From positions 17,277-81,276 of the forward strand of contig JAIFMH010000086.1 in the NCBI GenBank assembly GCA_020048595.1: DNA of 64,000 nucleotides. Direction: 5' to 3'. The translations under genes and the position numbers were made by a program. This document shows, one piece after another, positions 29,863-38,739 of this stretch. The notes under the pieces were generated by a model. The model saw only the letters and a program-made list of their open reading frames with translations, was not told the DNA's origin and ran no database searches. The DNA is from Bacteroidota bacterium (GTDB taxonomy: Bacteria; Bacteroidota; Bacteroidia; Bacteroidales; UBA4417). Each line of letters starts with the position of its first letter. The stretch's first letter is position 1.

Positions 29863-30687
29863 TTAAGTATTGAGAAGCAACATGTTCGTTCCATGGTTAA
29901 AACACAACTGAATCCGGAAGCTCTTCCAACCCGAAATACTCATGTTCAATTTTGTCGCTAATTGCACATTTCCGTAGGTTGAAAGGCTGTTGTTGTGATA
30001 ATGACCCGAAAAGACAGCATTCACTTTATTGTCGTTAAATAAATCAAGGTATTTTTCGCGATATTCCAAATCAATGTTTGAGTAGGCTGTCGGTTCATCA
30101 ACGGTTTTAATAAAAAACGGATAATGGCAAAACAAGATAATATGCTGCGCTTTCAGGCTTTCTTTCAGTTTTTTTGTAAGCCAGTTGTATTGCTTTTGTT
30201 CGGGCTTTTCTAATTTGGCTTTGATTAAACCGGAGTTAAATCCAATAAACGATGAACCCTTGTGTTCGAATGAAAACCGATCACTTCCGTAGTTCTTTTT
30301 GTACTTTTTCAAGCTTTCCTTATCAGGAATTTGCCCGATGTCATGATTTCCAGGCGAATAATAAACCCGAATCGCCGGATTTATTTTTGCAGTATTTCGT
30401 TTAAATTCCTCAATCTGTGAAGGTGATTTTGGATCATTCACGAAATCACCTGTAATCACCACAAAATCAGGATTCAGACTATTTATTTTTGCTACCGCTT
30501 TTTCATATAAAATAGTTTCCTTTTCAAAACTCACATTACTGTCAAACATGCCAAACTGTGGGTCGGTAAGCTGTATAAAAAACCAGGGGGCTTTTGGATT
30601 TTCCTTTTGCGCTATCGAAGTACCTGCAATAATAAAAATCATTGCCAGGCTGATGATTGTTTTTCTTCTCAGTACTTGTAAAAACAT
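29863..30687 (-). CDS. Exported calcineurin-like metallophosphoesterase
   Basis: 274 aa with a signal peptide. Motifs: QLTDPQFG, ITGDFVND, PGNHD, FCHYP, SGHYH. Confidence 0.7.
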   Translation of the reverse strand: MFLQVLRRKTIISLAMIFIIAGTSIAQKENPKAPWFFIQLTDPQFGMFDSNVSFEKETILYEKAVAKINSLNPDFVVITGDFVNDPKSPSQIEEFKRNTAKINPAIRVYYSPGNHDIGQIPDKESLKKYKKNYGSDRFSFEHKGSSFIGFNSGLIKAKLEKPEQKQYNWLTKKLKESLKAQHIILFCHYPFFIKTVDEPTAYSNIDLEYREKYLDLFNDNKVNAVFSGHYHNNSLSTYGNVQLATKLNMSISGWKSFRIQLCFNHGTNMLLLNT

Positions 30688-30843
30688 ATTTTTAAAGTTT
30701 TAAATAGTCAGTAAAAGGATTTGTGTTTTAAAATTATTCACCTGTATCATTTCCGATTTGAAATAAAGTACATGGGCATGATAAATTTAATATTACATTC
30801 CATATCCTGCTTCCTGCTTTAATTGGATTTGTAATAACAAAAT

Positions 30844-32433
30844 CTAATTCGCTGCCTCTACTTTGTACAAACGCTTGATTTGTACCCTTGTCATTTCGCG
30901 AAGTTCTTCCACACTTTTGTTTATTTTAAGCTCTTTTTTCAATTTATCCAGTCGCAATTTCAAATCATCAGTCACACTGTCGAATTCCTGAATTCCAGAA
31001 AGGTTGTGCAATTCATTCGGATCTGTTTTTAAATCATACAACTCCCATTTGTCCATATCGTAGTAGAAATGAATCAGTTTATAGCGGTCGGTGCGGATAC
31101 CATAATGTGGCTGAACATGATGCCAATAAGGGTATTCGTAATAATGATAATATACGGCATCTCGTAAAGGTGTCGTGGTTTTGCCTTCCATAACCGGCAA
31201 AAAGCTTTTTCCCTGAATATCATCAGGAATTGAAACTCCTGCAGCATCGAGCAAGGTTGGGGCATAATCGATATTCAGGAGCAAATCGTTGTTGATCGTT
31301 CCGGGTTTTATGTGTCCCGGATATCGAATCAAACAGGGCATATGAAAAGATTCTTCGTACATAAACCGTTTGTCGAACCAGCCGTGCTCACCGATATAAA
31401 ACCCTTGATCGGAAGTGTAAACTACAATTGTATTTTCCGCCAGGCCACTTTCATCTAAATAATCAAGTACTTGGCCAATGGCATCATCCGCAGCTTTTAC
31501 ACACCTCAGATAATCCTTGATAAAATGCTGGTATTTCCAGTCTTTGCGTTCTGCATCAGTCATCGTTGAATCGGGTGTCCAGAACTCTCCATCATTGTTC
31601 CCGTAGCTGTTCCATTTTTCCAGATCTTCAGGTGACAATCCTTCGGGGGCATGAATTTTTACATCTTTCCGGTTCATGTGCCCATCAATACGCATCCATG
31701 CCTCTTTGGCCGCTTCCCTTCCTTCATAATTGTCATCGAAAGTTGCAGGGTGAGGGATGGTTATATCGGCCAGGTAATTTTCATATCCGGGACCAGGATC
31801 CCATGGACGGTGAGGAGCTTTAAACTGATACATCAACATAAATGGTTTGGTTATATCTCTTCCGGTTTTTAACCAATTCAAGGCATCTTCCTTAATAACG
31901 GTGGTGGAGTATTTGCCTTTTTCCTCAATAATTTTTCCTCCCGTTTCCTCAAAAACCGGATCGAAATAAGTGCCTTGACCTTCTTTATTAAACAACACCT
32001 TATAATAATCGAATCCGGTTGGCGAGGTTCCCAAATGCCACTTGCCAATAACTGCTGTTTCGTAACCGGCCTTCTGTAAAAGTTTGGGGAAAGTTTGCTG
32101 TGAACCATCGAAATCGCCTCCACCTTCATTTTTATAGAAACCATTTATATGGCTGTATTTTCCGGTAAGGATACAAGCCCGGGAAGGGCCGCAAATTGAA
32201 TTGGTACAGAAGAAGTTATTGAACCGAACTCCTTCGTTCGCAATCCGGTCGATATTGGGAGTAGGGGCAACTTTTGCTAAATATCTGCCATACGCACTTA
32301 TTGCTGAAAGTGCATGATCGTCGGTCATGATAAAAAGAATGTTTGGCCTTTTTAATTCCCTCTCTTTAAGTTGACAGCCTGGCAATATCAGCGAGACGAG
32401 AAGGACAGGTGCAATAAAGTTTTCTTTTTTCAT
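30844..32433 (-). CDS. Formylglycine-dependent sulfatase, lipoprotein
   Basis: 529 aa with lipobox LILPGCQ. Motifs: PNILFIMTDDHA, NSICGPSRACILTGKY, TSDQGF. Confidence 0.9.
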   Translation of the reverse strand: MKKENFIAPVLLVSLILPGCQLKERELKRPNILFIMTDDHALSAISAYGRYLAKVAPTPNIDRIANEGVRFNNFFCTNSICGPSRACILTGKYSHINGFYKNEGGGDFDGSQQTFPKLLQKAGYETAVIGKWHLGTSPTGFDYYKVLFNKEGQGTYFDPVFEETGGKIIEEKGKYSTTVIKEDALNWLKTGRDITKPFMLMYQFKAPHRPWDPGPGYENYLADITIPHPATFDDNYEGREAAKEAWMRIDGHMNRKDVKIHAPEGLSPEDLEKWNSYGNNDGEFWTPDSTMTDAERKDWKYQHFIKDYLRCVKAADDAIGQVLDYLDESGLAENTIVVYTSDQGFYIGEHGWFDKRFMYEESFHMPCLIRYPGHIKPGTINNDLLLNIDYAPTLLDAAGVSIPDDIQGKSFLPVMEGKTTTPLRDAVYYHYYEYPYWHHVQPHYGIRTDRYKLIHFYYDMDKWELYDLKTDPNELHNLSGIQEFDSVTDDLKLRLDKLKKELKINKSVEELREMTRVQIKRLYKVEAAN

Positions 32434-32451
32434 AATTTGAGTTGAAAATTT

Positions 32452-34707
32452 CTATTCGTATTTGGGGATTTCAGCATTCTTTCCCCACTCTTTGTTTGGA
32501 AGTTCATCCACTATAAGTTCGAGGCTTCCTCCTTCCATTATTTGTTTATGTGAAATAAATGGCGAATCTATTTCTTTGCCATTAATAAGCGCTTTTTGGA
32601 TGTATTTTTTTGTTCGGCTGGCGCCTTTGGCCAAAACAGTAAACTTCTTACCGTTTGTAAGATTGATGGTTGTTTCTTCAAATACCGGACTAGTGATGGT
32701 ATAAAATGGCAGACCTGGTGTAACAGGATACAGGCCCATTGAGGTAAACACGACAAATGCGGTCATCCCGCCACCATCTTCATCTCCGGGTATTCCGAAA
32801 ATATTGTCTTTATACCAAACGTCAAGTAAGAAGCGCGTTCTCTGTTGAGTCTTCCACGGCGCTCCAAAATAATTGTATAAATAAGGAATATGGAAAGAAG
32901 GTTCGTTCCCCATCGAAAATTGCCCAACCATGCCGGTTGAATTAGAACCATTAACATAGAAATCATTTTTTTTCATACCAAGCGGTTCCCTAAAAAGCTG
33001 ATCTAAGCGATTTTCAGCAGCTTTTTTACCTCCCAGCATTTGGGTTAAACCTTCAATATCCTGCTGTACATCCCAGGCGTAAGTCCAGCCATTGTTTTCA
33101 TCGTAATATTCCCGATAGCCTTTTCCACCTGCTGATTTAGGGTCAATATCTATCCAGTTCCCTTTATCATCTTTGGGCATAAATAATCGATGTTTCGGGT
33201 CCCACAGATTTTTGTGGTCCAGTCCTTTTTTTACAAATTGGTTATAATCATCGCTTTTACCTAAATCTTTGGCTAATTCAGCCAGGGTCCAAAAATCATA
33301 ACTAATCCCTAAAGTTACCGAAACCGGCTGGCGTTTTTCAAAACCGTCCATTTGTGGCTCAGTCTCTTTTTCGCCCGGATGAAGTGCGGGAAAGAATCCA
33401 TTTTCATGGTAGAAATCGTCAATGGGACGTCGGGGTGTTCCCTGCCGCCATGGAATAAAAGTCCCTTCCATTAGGTTTTTCTTAATCCCTTCGTAGGCTT
33501 TTTCAACGTTGTAATCTTTTAATCCTTTCCGGTAACCATCAATAAAGATGGCCGACGAGTGATAGGAATTCATACACATGTGATTGCCATGAACCTGCGG
33601 AAATGTCGGCATCCAGCCACTCTGCTCATACATTAGGGTGTACGAATTCAACATGTCATTTTCCATTTGAGGGTTGAGAATGGTGCGCAAAGGATGTTGG
33701 GCGCGATACGTATCCCAAATCCAATCGTCAACAAAAAAGGCACGGTTACTTTCATGTACTTTACCGTCATATCCGCTGAAATATTTACCTCCTTCATTAA
33801 TGTCGACCATCCGTTCGTAAGTGCGGTATAATGAAGTATAAAAAGTTCTTCTTTGCGCTTCTGTTCCACCTTTGACTTCAATCTGGTTGATTACTTTTTC
33901 CCATTCTTTCTTTCCCGATACTGTCAAATCGTCAAAACTGACATTTGTCAATTCTTTATCAAAATTGATTTTTGCCTGTTCAGGACTAATATACGAAACT
34001 GCATATTTCACCAATACTGATGTCGGGTCAGTATTGGAAAATGAAACAGAACATTTCTCATTCTGAATATTTACAGAAGCATCTTTAATCAAATTATTGT
34101 TGTTATCTCGCAGTTCACCATAAACATATACTGTAACTGTCATTTTAACCGGATTTAATCCTCTTGAAGTTTCGCCTACATTCTCTTCAAATGTGAAAGT
34201 TCCCTGTTTATTAAAGGCGCTTTTCATTTCACCAGAGCCCTTTATTAGCAAGTTCTTCGTGCCGGTATCCGGAAAGTCGATTTTATAAATGGCACATTTT
34301 TCACCGGGAGCAAAACTAACCCTGATCTCATCATCAATTAAATATGTAGAATACAACCAGGGATTCACCACTTCCAAATCATGGTCGATATTCATTTTTT
34401 GATTCCATGATGAATTGGTGATTTCGCCAATAGTTACCTTCATCTGAAGGATACCGGCTTGCCGGTGCGAAGTGACCTGCAAAGGAAAAGCTTCCACCTG
34501 ATCGGAGAGGTAATCCTGTTTTACAGGGAACATCCGGATCATTTGGTTTGGCAAATGCATGGTTGGATAGGTTGGCACAAGAAACTGAGCTACATTCCCA
34601 ATGGTTGGGTCGATGTATTTGGTGAAATCTTCCTGTGCAAAAGACGTTATACTGAAATAAAAAGATAGTAGAACAAAAGCTGTAAATTTTTTGATTATTC
34701 GATTCAT
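32452..34707 (-). CDS. GH92-like exo-alpha-mannosidase (divergent)
   Basis: 751 aa with a signal peptide. The N-terminus YIDPTIGN.. parallels the GH92 N-domain. The C-terminal block, GNEPSFHIPYLYNYFGAPWKTQQRTRFLL...GIPGDEDGGGMTAFVVFTSMGLYPVTPG, parallels the GH92 catalytic-region signature as I recall it. Confidence 0.7.
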   Translation of the reverse strand: MNRIIKKFTAFVLLSFYFSITSFAQEDFTKYIDPTIGNVAQFLVPTYPTMHLPNQMIRMFPVKQDYLSDQVEAFPLQVTSHRQAGILQMKVTIGEITNSSWNQKMNIDHDLEVVNPWLYSTYLIDDEIRVSFAPGEKCAIYKIDFPDTGTKNLLIKGSGEMKSAFNKQGTFTFEENVGETSRGLNPVKMTVTVYVYGELRDNNNNLIKDASVNIQNEKCSVSFSNTDPTSVLVKYAVSYISPEQAKINFDKELTNVSFDDLTVSGKKEWEKVINQIEVKGGTEAQRRTFYTSLYRTYERMVDINEGGKYFSGYDGKVHESNRAFFVDDWIWDTYRAQHPLRTILNPQMENDMLNSYTLMYEQSGWMPTFPQVHGNHMCMNSYHSSAIFIDGYRKGLKDYNVEKAYEGIKKNLMEGTFIPWRQGTPRRPIDDFYHENGFFPALHPGEKETEPQMDGFEKRQPVSVTLGISYDFWTLAELAKDLGKSDDYNQFVKKGLDHKNLWDPKHRLFMPKDDKGNWIDIDPKSAGGKGYREYYDENNGWTYAWDVQQDIEGLTQMLGGKKAAENRLDQLFREPLGMKKNDFYVNGSNSTGMVGQFSMGNEPSFHIPYLYNYFGAPWKTQQRTRFLLDVWYKDNIFGIPGDEDGGGMTAFVVFTSMGLYPVTPGLPFYTITSPVFEETTINLTNGKKFTVLAKGASRTKKYIQKALINGKEIDSPFISHKQIMEGGSLELIVDELPNKEWGKNAEIPKYE

Positions 34708-34741
34708 TATAAATATAGTTGATTGTTATTTATTTGTGAAA

Positions 34742-36061
34742 TTAAAAGGTTTGTTGAGCATAGTTTCCCATTTCCTTTTCCCAATCCTTTAGCAGGGTTT
34801 TGAACTTTTTTATCATAACCGGATTTTCATCCTTTAAATTTGTTGTTTCACCAAGATCTTTAGCCAAATCAAAAAGATATTCCTTTTCTTTTATTTTCAG
34901 GTATTTCCAATTTTCCATGCGCACTACCCACTGATTCTGGAACCTCCAAAATAAGGGGCGCTTTTTCATTTCTTTTTCAGAAAAAAGAAGTTTCGAAAAA
35001 TCCTCTCCATCGAACCTGACCTTGTTAGAAATTCCGGCTACGTTAAGTAATGTAGGTAAAACATCCATACTTATAACTGGGTCATCAGCAATTTTACCGG
35101 GTTTAATTTTTCCGGGATACCAGGCAATTGCAGGAACCCTGTGTCCACCTTCCCAAAGTGAACTTTTAAATCCGTTAAGCGCACCGTTGTTTCCCATGCT
35201 TGTGGCTCCATTGTCGGAGCAAAAAAACACAAATGTATTTTTGTCCAGGTTCAATTCCTTCAATTTCTCAAGCACACGACCAATATTTTCGTCCATAATT
35301 TCTACCATTTCTTTGTAGGCCTGTTTTTTGTCGGAACGGGAACCAAGCATTTCGAAATTTAATCCAGGCAATCGATCCGCTTTGTCATTCCGCCCCTGAT
35401 AAGGAAAATGTGGAGCTTCATGGGGTAAATACAGTAAAAATGGTTTGTTTTTATTGGATTCAATAAACTTCAGTGCCTGGTTCGTAATTAAATCGGTTAC
35501 ATAACCTTCATCGTAGCACGTATCGGTATTGTGCCACCAATCATAAATGCCGATTCCATCTCGATGAGAGATATAATCCACATTGCCACTTACATAGCCA
35601 TAAAATTCATTGAATCCATGATGTGTCGGATTAAATTCAGGTTGGTAGCCCAAATGCCATTTTCCAAAAATACCAGTCTGATAACCTGATTTTTGGAAAA
35701 TTTCAGCCATTGTTACTTCAGAATCAGCAATACCATAGATCCTTTTATCCATTTGGGCATTAATTACCCCTTCCAATCCGACGCGCTGCTGGTAGTTACC
35801 AGTCAGTAATGAGGCCCTGGTTGGAGTGCAGACGGCTCCGTTGGAGTGGTAGTCGGTAAACTTTATTCCATCGGCTGCCATTTTATCCAAAACCGGTGTT
35901 TTAATGGATTTACTTCCATAACAGCCAATGTCTCCATACCCCATGTCATCGGCCATAATCAGAATAATATTTGGTTTTTCGGCAAGTTCTTTTGCTGCAG
36001 CGGCAGAAGTAAAACAACTCAAGGCAATTGAAACGGACAAAACATTAACCGGACTCTTCAT
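34742..36061 (-). CDS. Formylglycine-dependent sulfatase
   Basis: The ORF track gives 34742..36172, but that start overlaps the upstream gene by 56 nt. The ATG at 36061 (MKSPVNVLSVSIALSCFTSAAAA) gives a normal signal peptide. Motifs: PNIILIMADDMGYGD, GAVCTPTRASLLTGNY, CSDNGA. Confidence 0.88.
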   Translation of the reverse strand: MKSPVNVLSVSIALSCFTSAAAAKELAEKPNIILIMADDMGYGDIGCYGSKSIKTPVLDKMAADGIKFTDYHSNGAVCTPTRASLLTGNYQQRVGLEGVINAQMDKRIYGIADSEVTMAEIFQKSGYQTGIFGKWHLGYQPEFNPTHHGFNEFYGYVSGNVDYISHRDGIGIYDWWHNTDTCYDEGYVTDLITNQALKFIESNKNKPFLLYLPHEAPHFPYQGRNDKADRLPGLNFEMLGSRSDKKQAYKEMVEIMDENIGRVLEKLKELNLDKNTFVFFCSDNGATSMGNNGALNGFKSSLWEGGHRVPAIAWYPGKIKPGKIADDPVISMDVLPTLLNVAGISNKVRFDGEDFSKLLFSEKEMKKRPLFWRFQNQWVVRMENWKYLKIKEKEYLFDLAKDLGETTNLKDENPVMIKKFKTLLKDWEKEMGNYAQQTF

Positions 36062-36116
36062 TTCTTTTTTGTTTGTTAGTATTGGTTGTAAACTGCTTAC
36101 AAGCAAATAGAATATT

Positions 36117-37670
36117 CTAATTCTGCTTATTAGCTTTCTTTTCCCAATGAAACGAATCCCCTTCAACAACAAGCTTCAACTCATTTTTCGGAGTAACTTC
36201 GGGTGCAAATACCTTTGGGGCCGATTTTTGCATGTTCTGCATAATTGGACGGTATTTTTCATCCGCTGCCAAATTGTACCATTCGTTAGGATCTTCCTTC
36301 ACATTGTACAACTCTTCACCTCCATCGAAATAACGGATATACCGCCAATTTGTATTTATTACTGCATAGCTTCCTTTTTCATTACTCGGAAGAAAAACGT
36401 TTCTGTCCATCGATCTGTTTGGTTTTTTCAAGGAAGATACCAGGGATACGCCCTCAAGGTTTTTAACCTTCGGAAGATGGCAGAGTTCAATAAAAGTCGG
36501 GTACATATCGATCAGACTAACCGATGTATTTACTTTTTTATTTTTTGGAATCCCTTTCCCTGCCCAGATAAACGGAACATGCGATGTACGTTGCCAGAGC
36601 GTATGTTTGCCCCAGTGCATTTTTTCACCATGATGAAATCCCTGGTCACTCCAAAAAACAATGATTGTATTGTTTTTTTCAGGACTCGCATCCAGGGCAT
36701 CCAGAACGCGACCAAGCATAGCATCAGCGAATGAAACGGAAGCAAGGTATCCGTGGATTGCATCCTTTAAAACGCCCAATTCTTCCAGTTCCCTGTGTTG
36801 TTTCGACCGGTTCATCATATTTTTACGGATTTTTTCCGGAAGATCATCCAGGTCATCAGCCTTAAAAGGAGGAAGTTGGATTGAATCGCGGTTATACATG
36901 TCAAAATACTTTTGGGGAGCATAATTCGGATAGTGGGGTGAGTACAATCCCAGGGCAAGGAAGAACGGTTTGTCATGCTTTTGCTGAAGGATACTACAAG
37001 CCCAATTCGTACGTATGGCATCCACCATATCATCTTCCTTTTCATTGGCAATTGGCCCCCATTCAAGATGCAATGCCGAGCCACCTTCTCTGCCGGTTTT
37101 GGTGTAATAAGGACTATAGGGATATGGAACCGGAAGCGGGTTGTCATTCATGTGGTAAGGTCCTATTTCCCATCCTGAATTTTTGACTTCCTGACTTCGT
37201 GCAAAATATTTATCCCAGCCACGAAGATCAACGAACCCACCCCGGTGATGATAGATTTTACCGGAACCATACGTACTGTATCCTCCTTGTTTAAAGGCCA
37301 TTTGCATGGTTACCAGATCCGGATGATCGTATTGAAAAGGATCTTCTCCATAACAGCCTGTAGTTGATGCATTTAATCCGGTCATGATCGCAGTACGGGA
37401 TGGCGCGCAGAAAACGCCGGGCGACTGGGCAGATGTAAAAACTACCCCTAGTTTTGCCAAACGATCCATATTCGGCGTTTTGGCCTGATTGTAACCCAGG
37501 GGAGTTACCCAGTCGTTAAGGTCATCCATGGCCAAAAAGATCACATTGGGCTGGCTTCCTGATTGGTTGCTTTTTTCACCTGTGCCCTCATTTGCCTGTA
37601 AAATATTTCCTGTCTGTCCCACAATGAAAATCATGCCCGGGATCAAAAAAAATTGATGTATTTGTTTCAT
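36117..37670 (-). CDS. Formylglycine-dependent sulfatase (iduronate-2-sulfatase-like N-terminus)
   Basis: 517 aa. Motifs: PNVIFLAMDDLNDW, GVFCAPSRTAIMTGL, WSDQGFHHGE. Confidence 0.88.
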   Translation of the reverse strand: MKQIHQFFLIPGMIFIVGQTGNILQANEGTGEKSNQSGSQPNVIFLAMDDLNDWVTPLGYNQAKTPNMDRLAKLGVVFTSAQSPGVFCAPSRTAIMTGLNASTTGCYGEDPFQYDHPDLVTMQMAFKQGGYSTYGSGKIYHHRGGFVDLRGWDKYFARSQEVKNSGWEIGPYHMNDNPLPVPYPYSPYYTKTGREGGSALHLEWGPIANEKEDDMVDAIRTNWACSILQQKHDKPFFLALGLYSPHYPNYAPQKYFDMYNRDSIQLPPFKADDLDDLPEKIRKNMMNRSKQHRELEELGVLKDAIHGYLASVSFADAMLGRVLDALDASPEKNNTIIVFWSDQGFHHGEKMHWGKHTLWQRTSHVPFIWAGKGIPKNKKVNTSVSLIDMYPTFIELCHLPKVKNLEGVSLVSSLKKPNRSMDRNVFLPSNEKGSYAVINTNWRYIRYFDGGEELYNVKEDPNEWYNLAADEKYRPIMQNMQKSAPKVFAPEVTPKNELKLVVEGDSFHWEKKANKQN

Positions 37671-37688
37671 TTCATTAATATTATTTAC

Positions 37689-38735
37689 TCAATTTACAAT
37701 TTCAGCATTTTCAATAAACTCCTTATCAGGTTGAAAATTTATCTTTTCTGCCAGCTTGGTATTCAACCAGATTTTCGATTTCATATTCCTTGTCACAGGA
37801 ATATCAGAAGGATTTTCTCCCTTTAATATTTTTTTAGCGGTTGTGGCAGCCCAGATTCCCTGCTCCTCTGCAACCTTTGTAATTCCAAATACAGCATAGG
37901 ACATCATAAAATCTTCACATGTAACTACAGGAACAAGGATGTTTTTAGAAATAAAATTTTCGGCTTCAACATTATTCCAACCTTTTATAGCTCCATTAGT
38001 GGAAATATAGATTATATCATATGTTTTATTTCCTTCTTCAAAATGTGTTTTCCAGCTCTCAAAATCATCAACCAATTCATGTCTGACTGATAATCCTACG
38101 CGATTATAAAGTGAATCTAGAATTAACTTTTCCTTTCGCGATGTGGTGGTGTTCTCGGTAAGCACCAATAATTTTTTCATCGCCGGATAAAAAGATTTCA
38201 TCGTAATTAAAGTTTCGGCCAAAGGAAGTATTTCGAGCATACCCGTCAGCTTAACAGCCTTGAGGTCGTATTCCGTATCCGACCAGTTTACCCCACAAAA
38301 TACAACCGGAATATCGATTCCGGAGAAGTAGGGTTGAATGAGATATTTCACCGCATTATCGTCAGAAACAATTACTACATCAGGTTCAATAATCCTTATT
38401 GAGTCGAATAATTGAGCGGCTTTTTTTTCAACGTAATCTTGCGAAGGATTTCTTTTAGTATCCATTATATAGGTCACCAGCTGAAAGCTATCGGCTGGGA
38501 ATGCCTTCCAAATGGCATCCATGATTTGATCACTTGAGGGATGTCCTTTGTGGTATGAATTTATATAAATTACTTTCGGCTTCTCGGTTTTTTGCTGAAT
38601 GCAACCTTGAAATAGCAGGCTCAAAAGAACGATGAGTAATCCACTTTTAAAATGTGGCTTACGGGAATTGGTTATTTTTTTCATGGATAGTGCTTTTTTG
38701 ATTGCTGTTGTTTTGTTCCTCAATGAAAATAGCAT
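37689..38735 (-). CDS. Orphan periplasmic-binding-protein-fold lipoprotein (ABC_sub_bind / PF04392-like)
   Basis: 348 aa; an alternative start at 38684 gives MKKITN... Lipobox LLFQGC. Pattern: KVIYINSYHKGHPSSDQ.., ..DVVIVSDDNAV.., ..IPVVFCGVNWSD..LTGM... No ABC permease or ATPase gene occurs anywhere in the window. Confidence 0.5.
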   Translation of the reverse strand: MLFSLRNKTTAIKKALSMKKITNSRKPHFKSGLLIVLLSLLFQGCIQQKTEKPKVIYINSYHKGHPSSDQIMDAIWKAFPADSFQLVTYIMDTKRNPSQDYVEKKAAQLFDSIRIIEPDVVIVSDDNAVKYLIQPYFSGIDIPVVFCGVNWSDTEYDLKAVKLTGMLEILPLAETLITMKSFYPAMKKLLVLTENTTTSRKEKLILDSLYNRVGLSVRHELVDDFESWKTHFEEGNKTYDIIYISTNGAIKGWNNVEAENFISKNILVPVVTCEDFMMSYAVFGITKVAEEQGIWAATTAKKILKGENPSDIPVTRNMKSKIWLNTKLAEKINFQPDKEFIENAEIVN

Positions 38736-38739
38736 TGAT

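Noticed and set aside
29863-29960. An odd-looking C-terminus of the second metallophosphoesterase (..ATKLNMSISGWKSFRIQLCFNHGTNMLLLNT) raised the possibility of a frameshift or truncation.
   Set aside because: The alternative frames I translated give nothing more family-like. The current frame still loosely follows the usual ..G(F)RI.. ending of such proteins. I cannot support a pseudogene call without an alignment.
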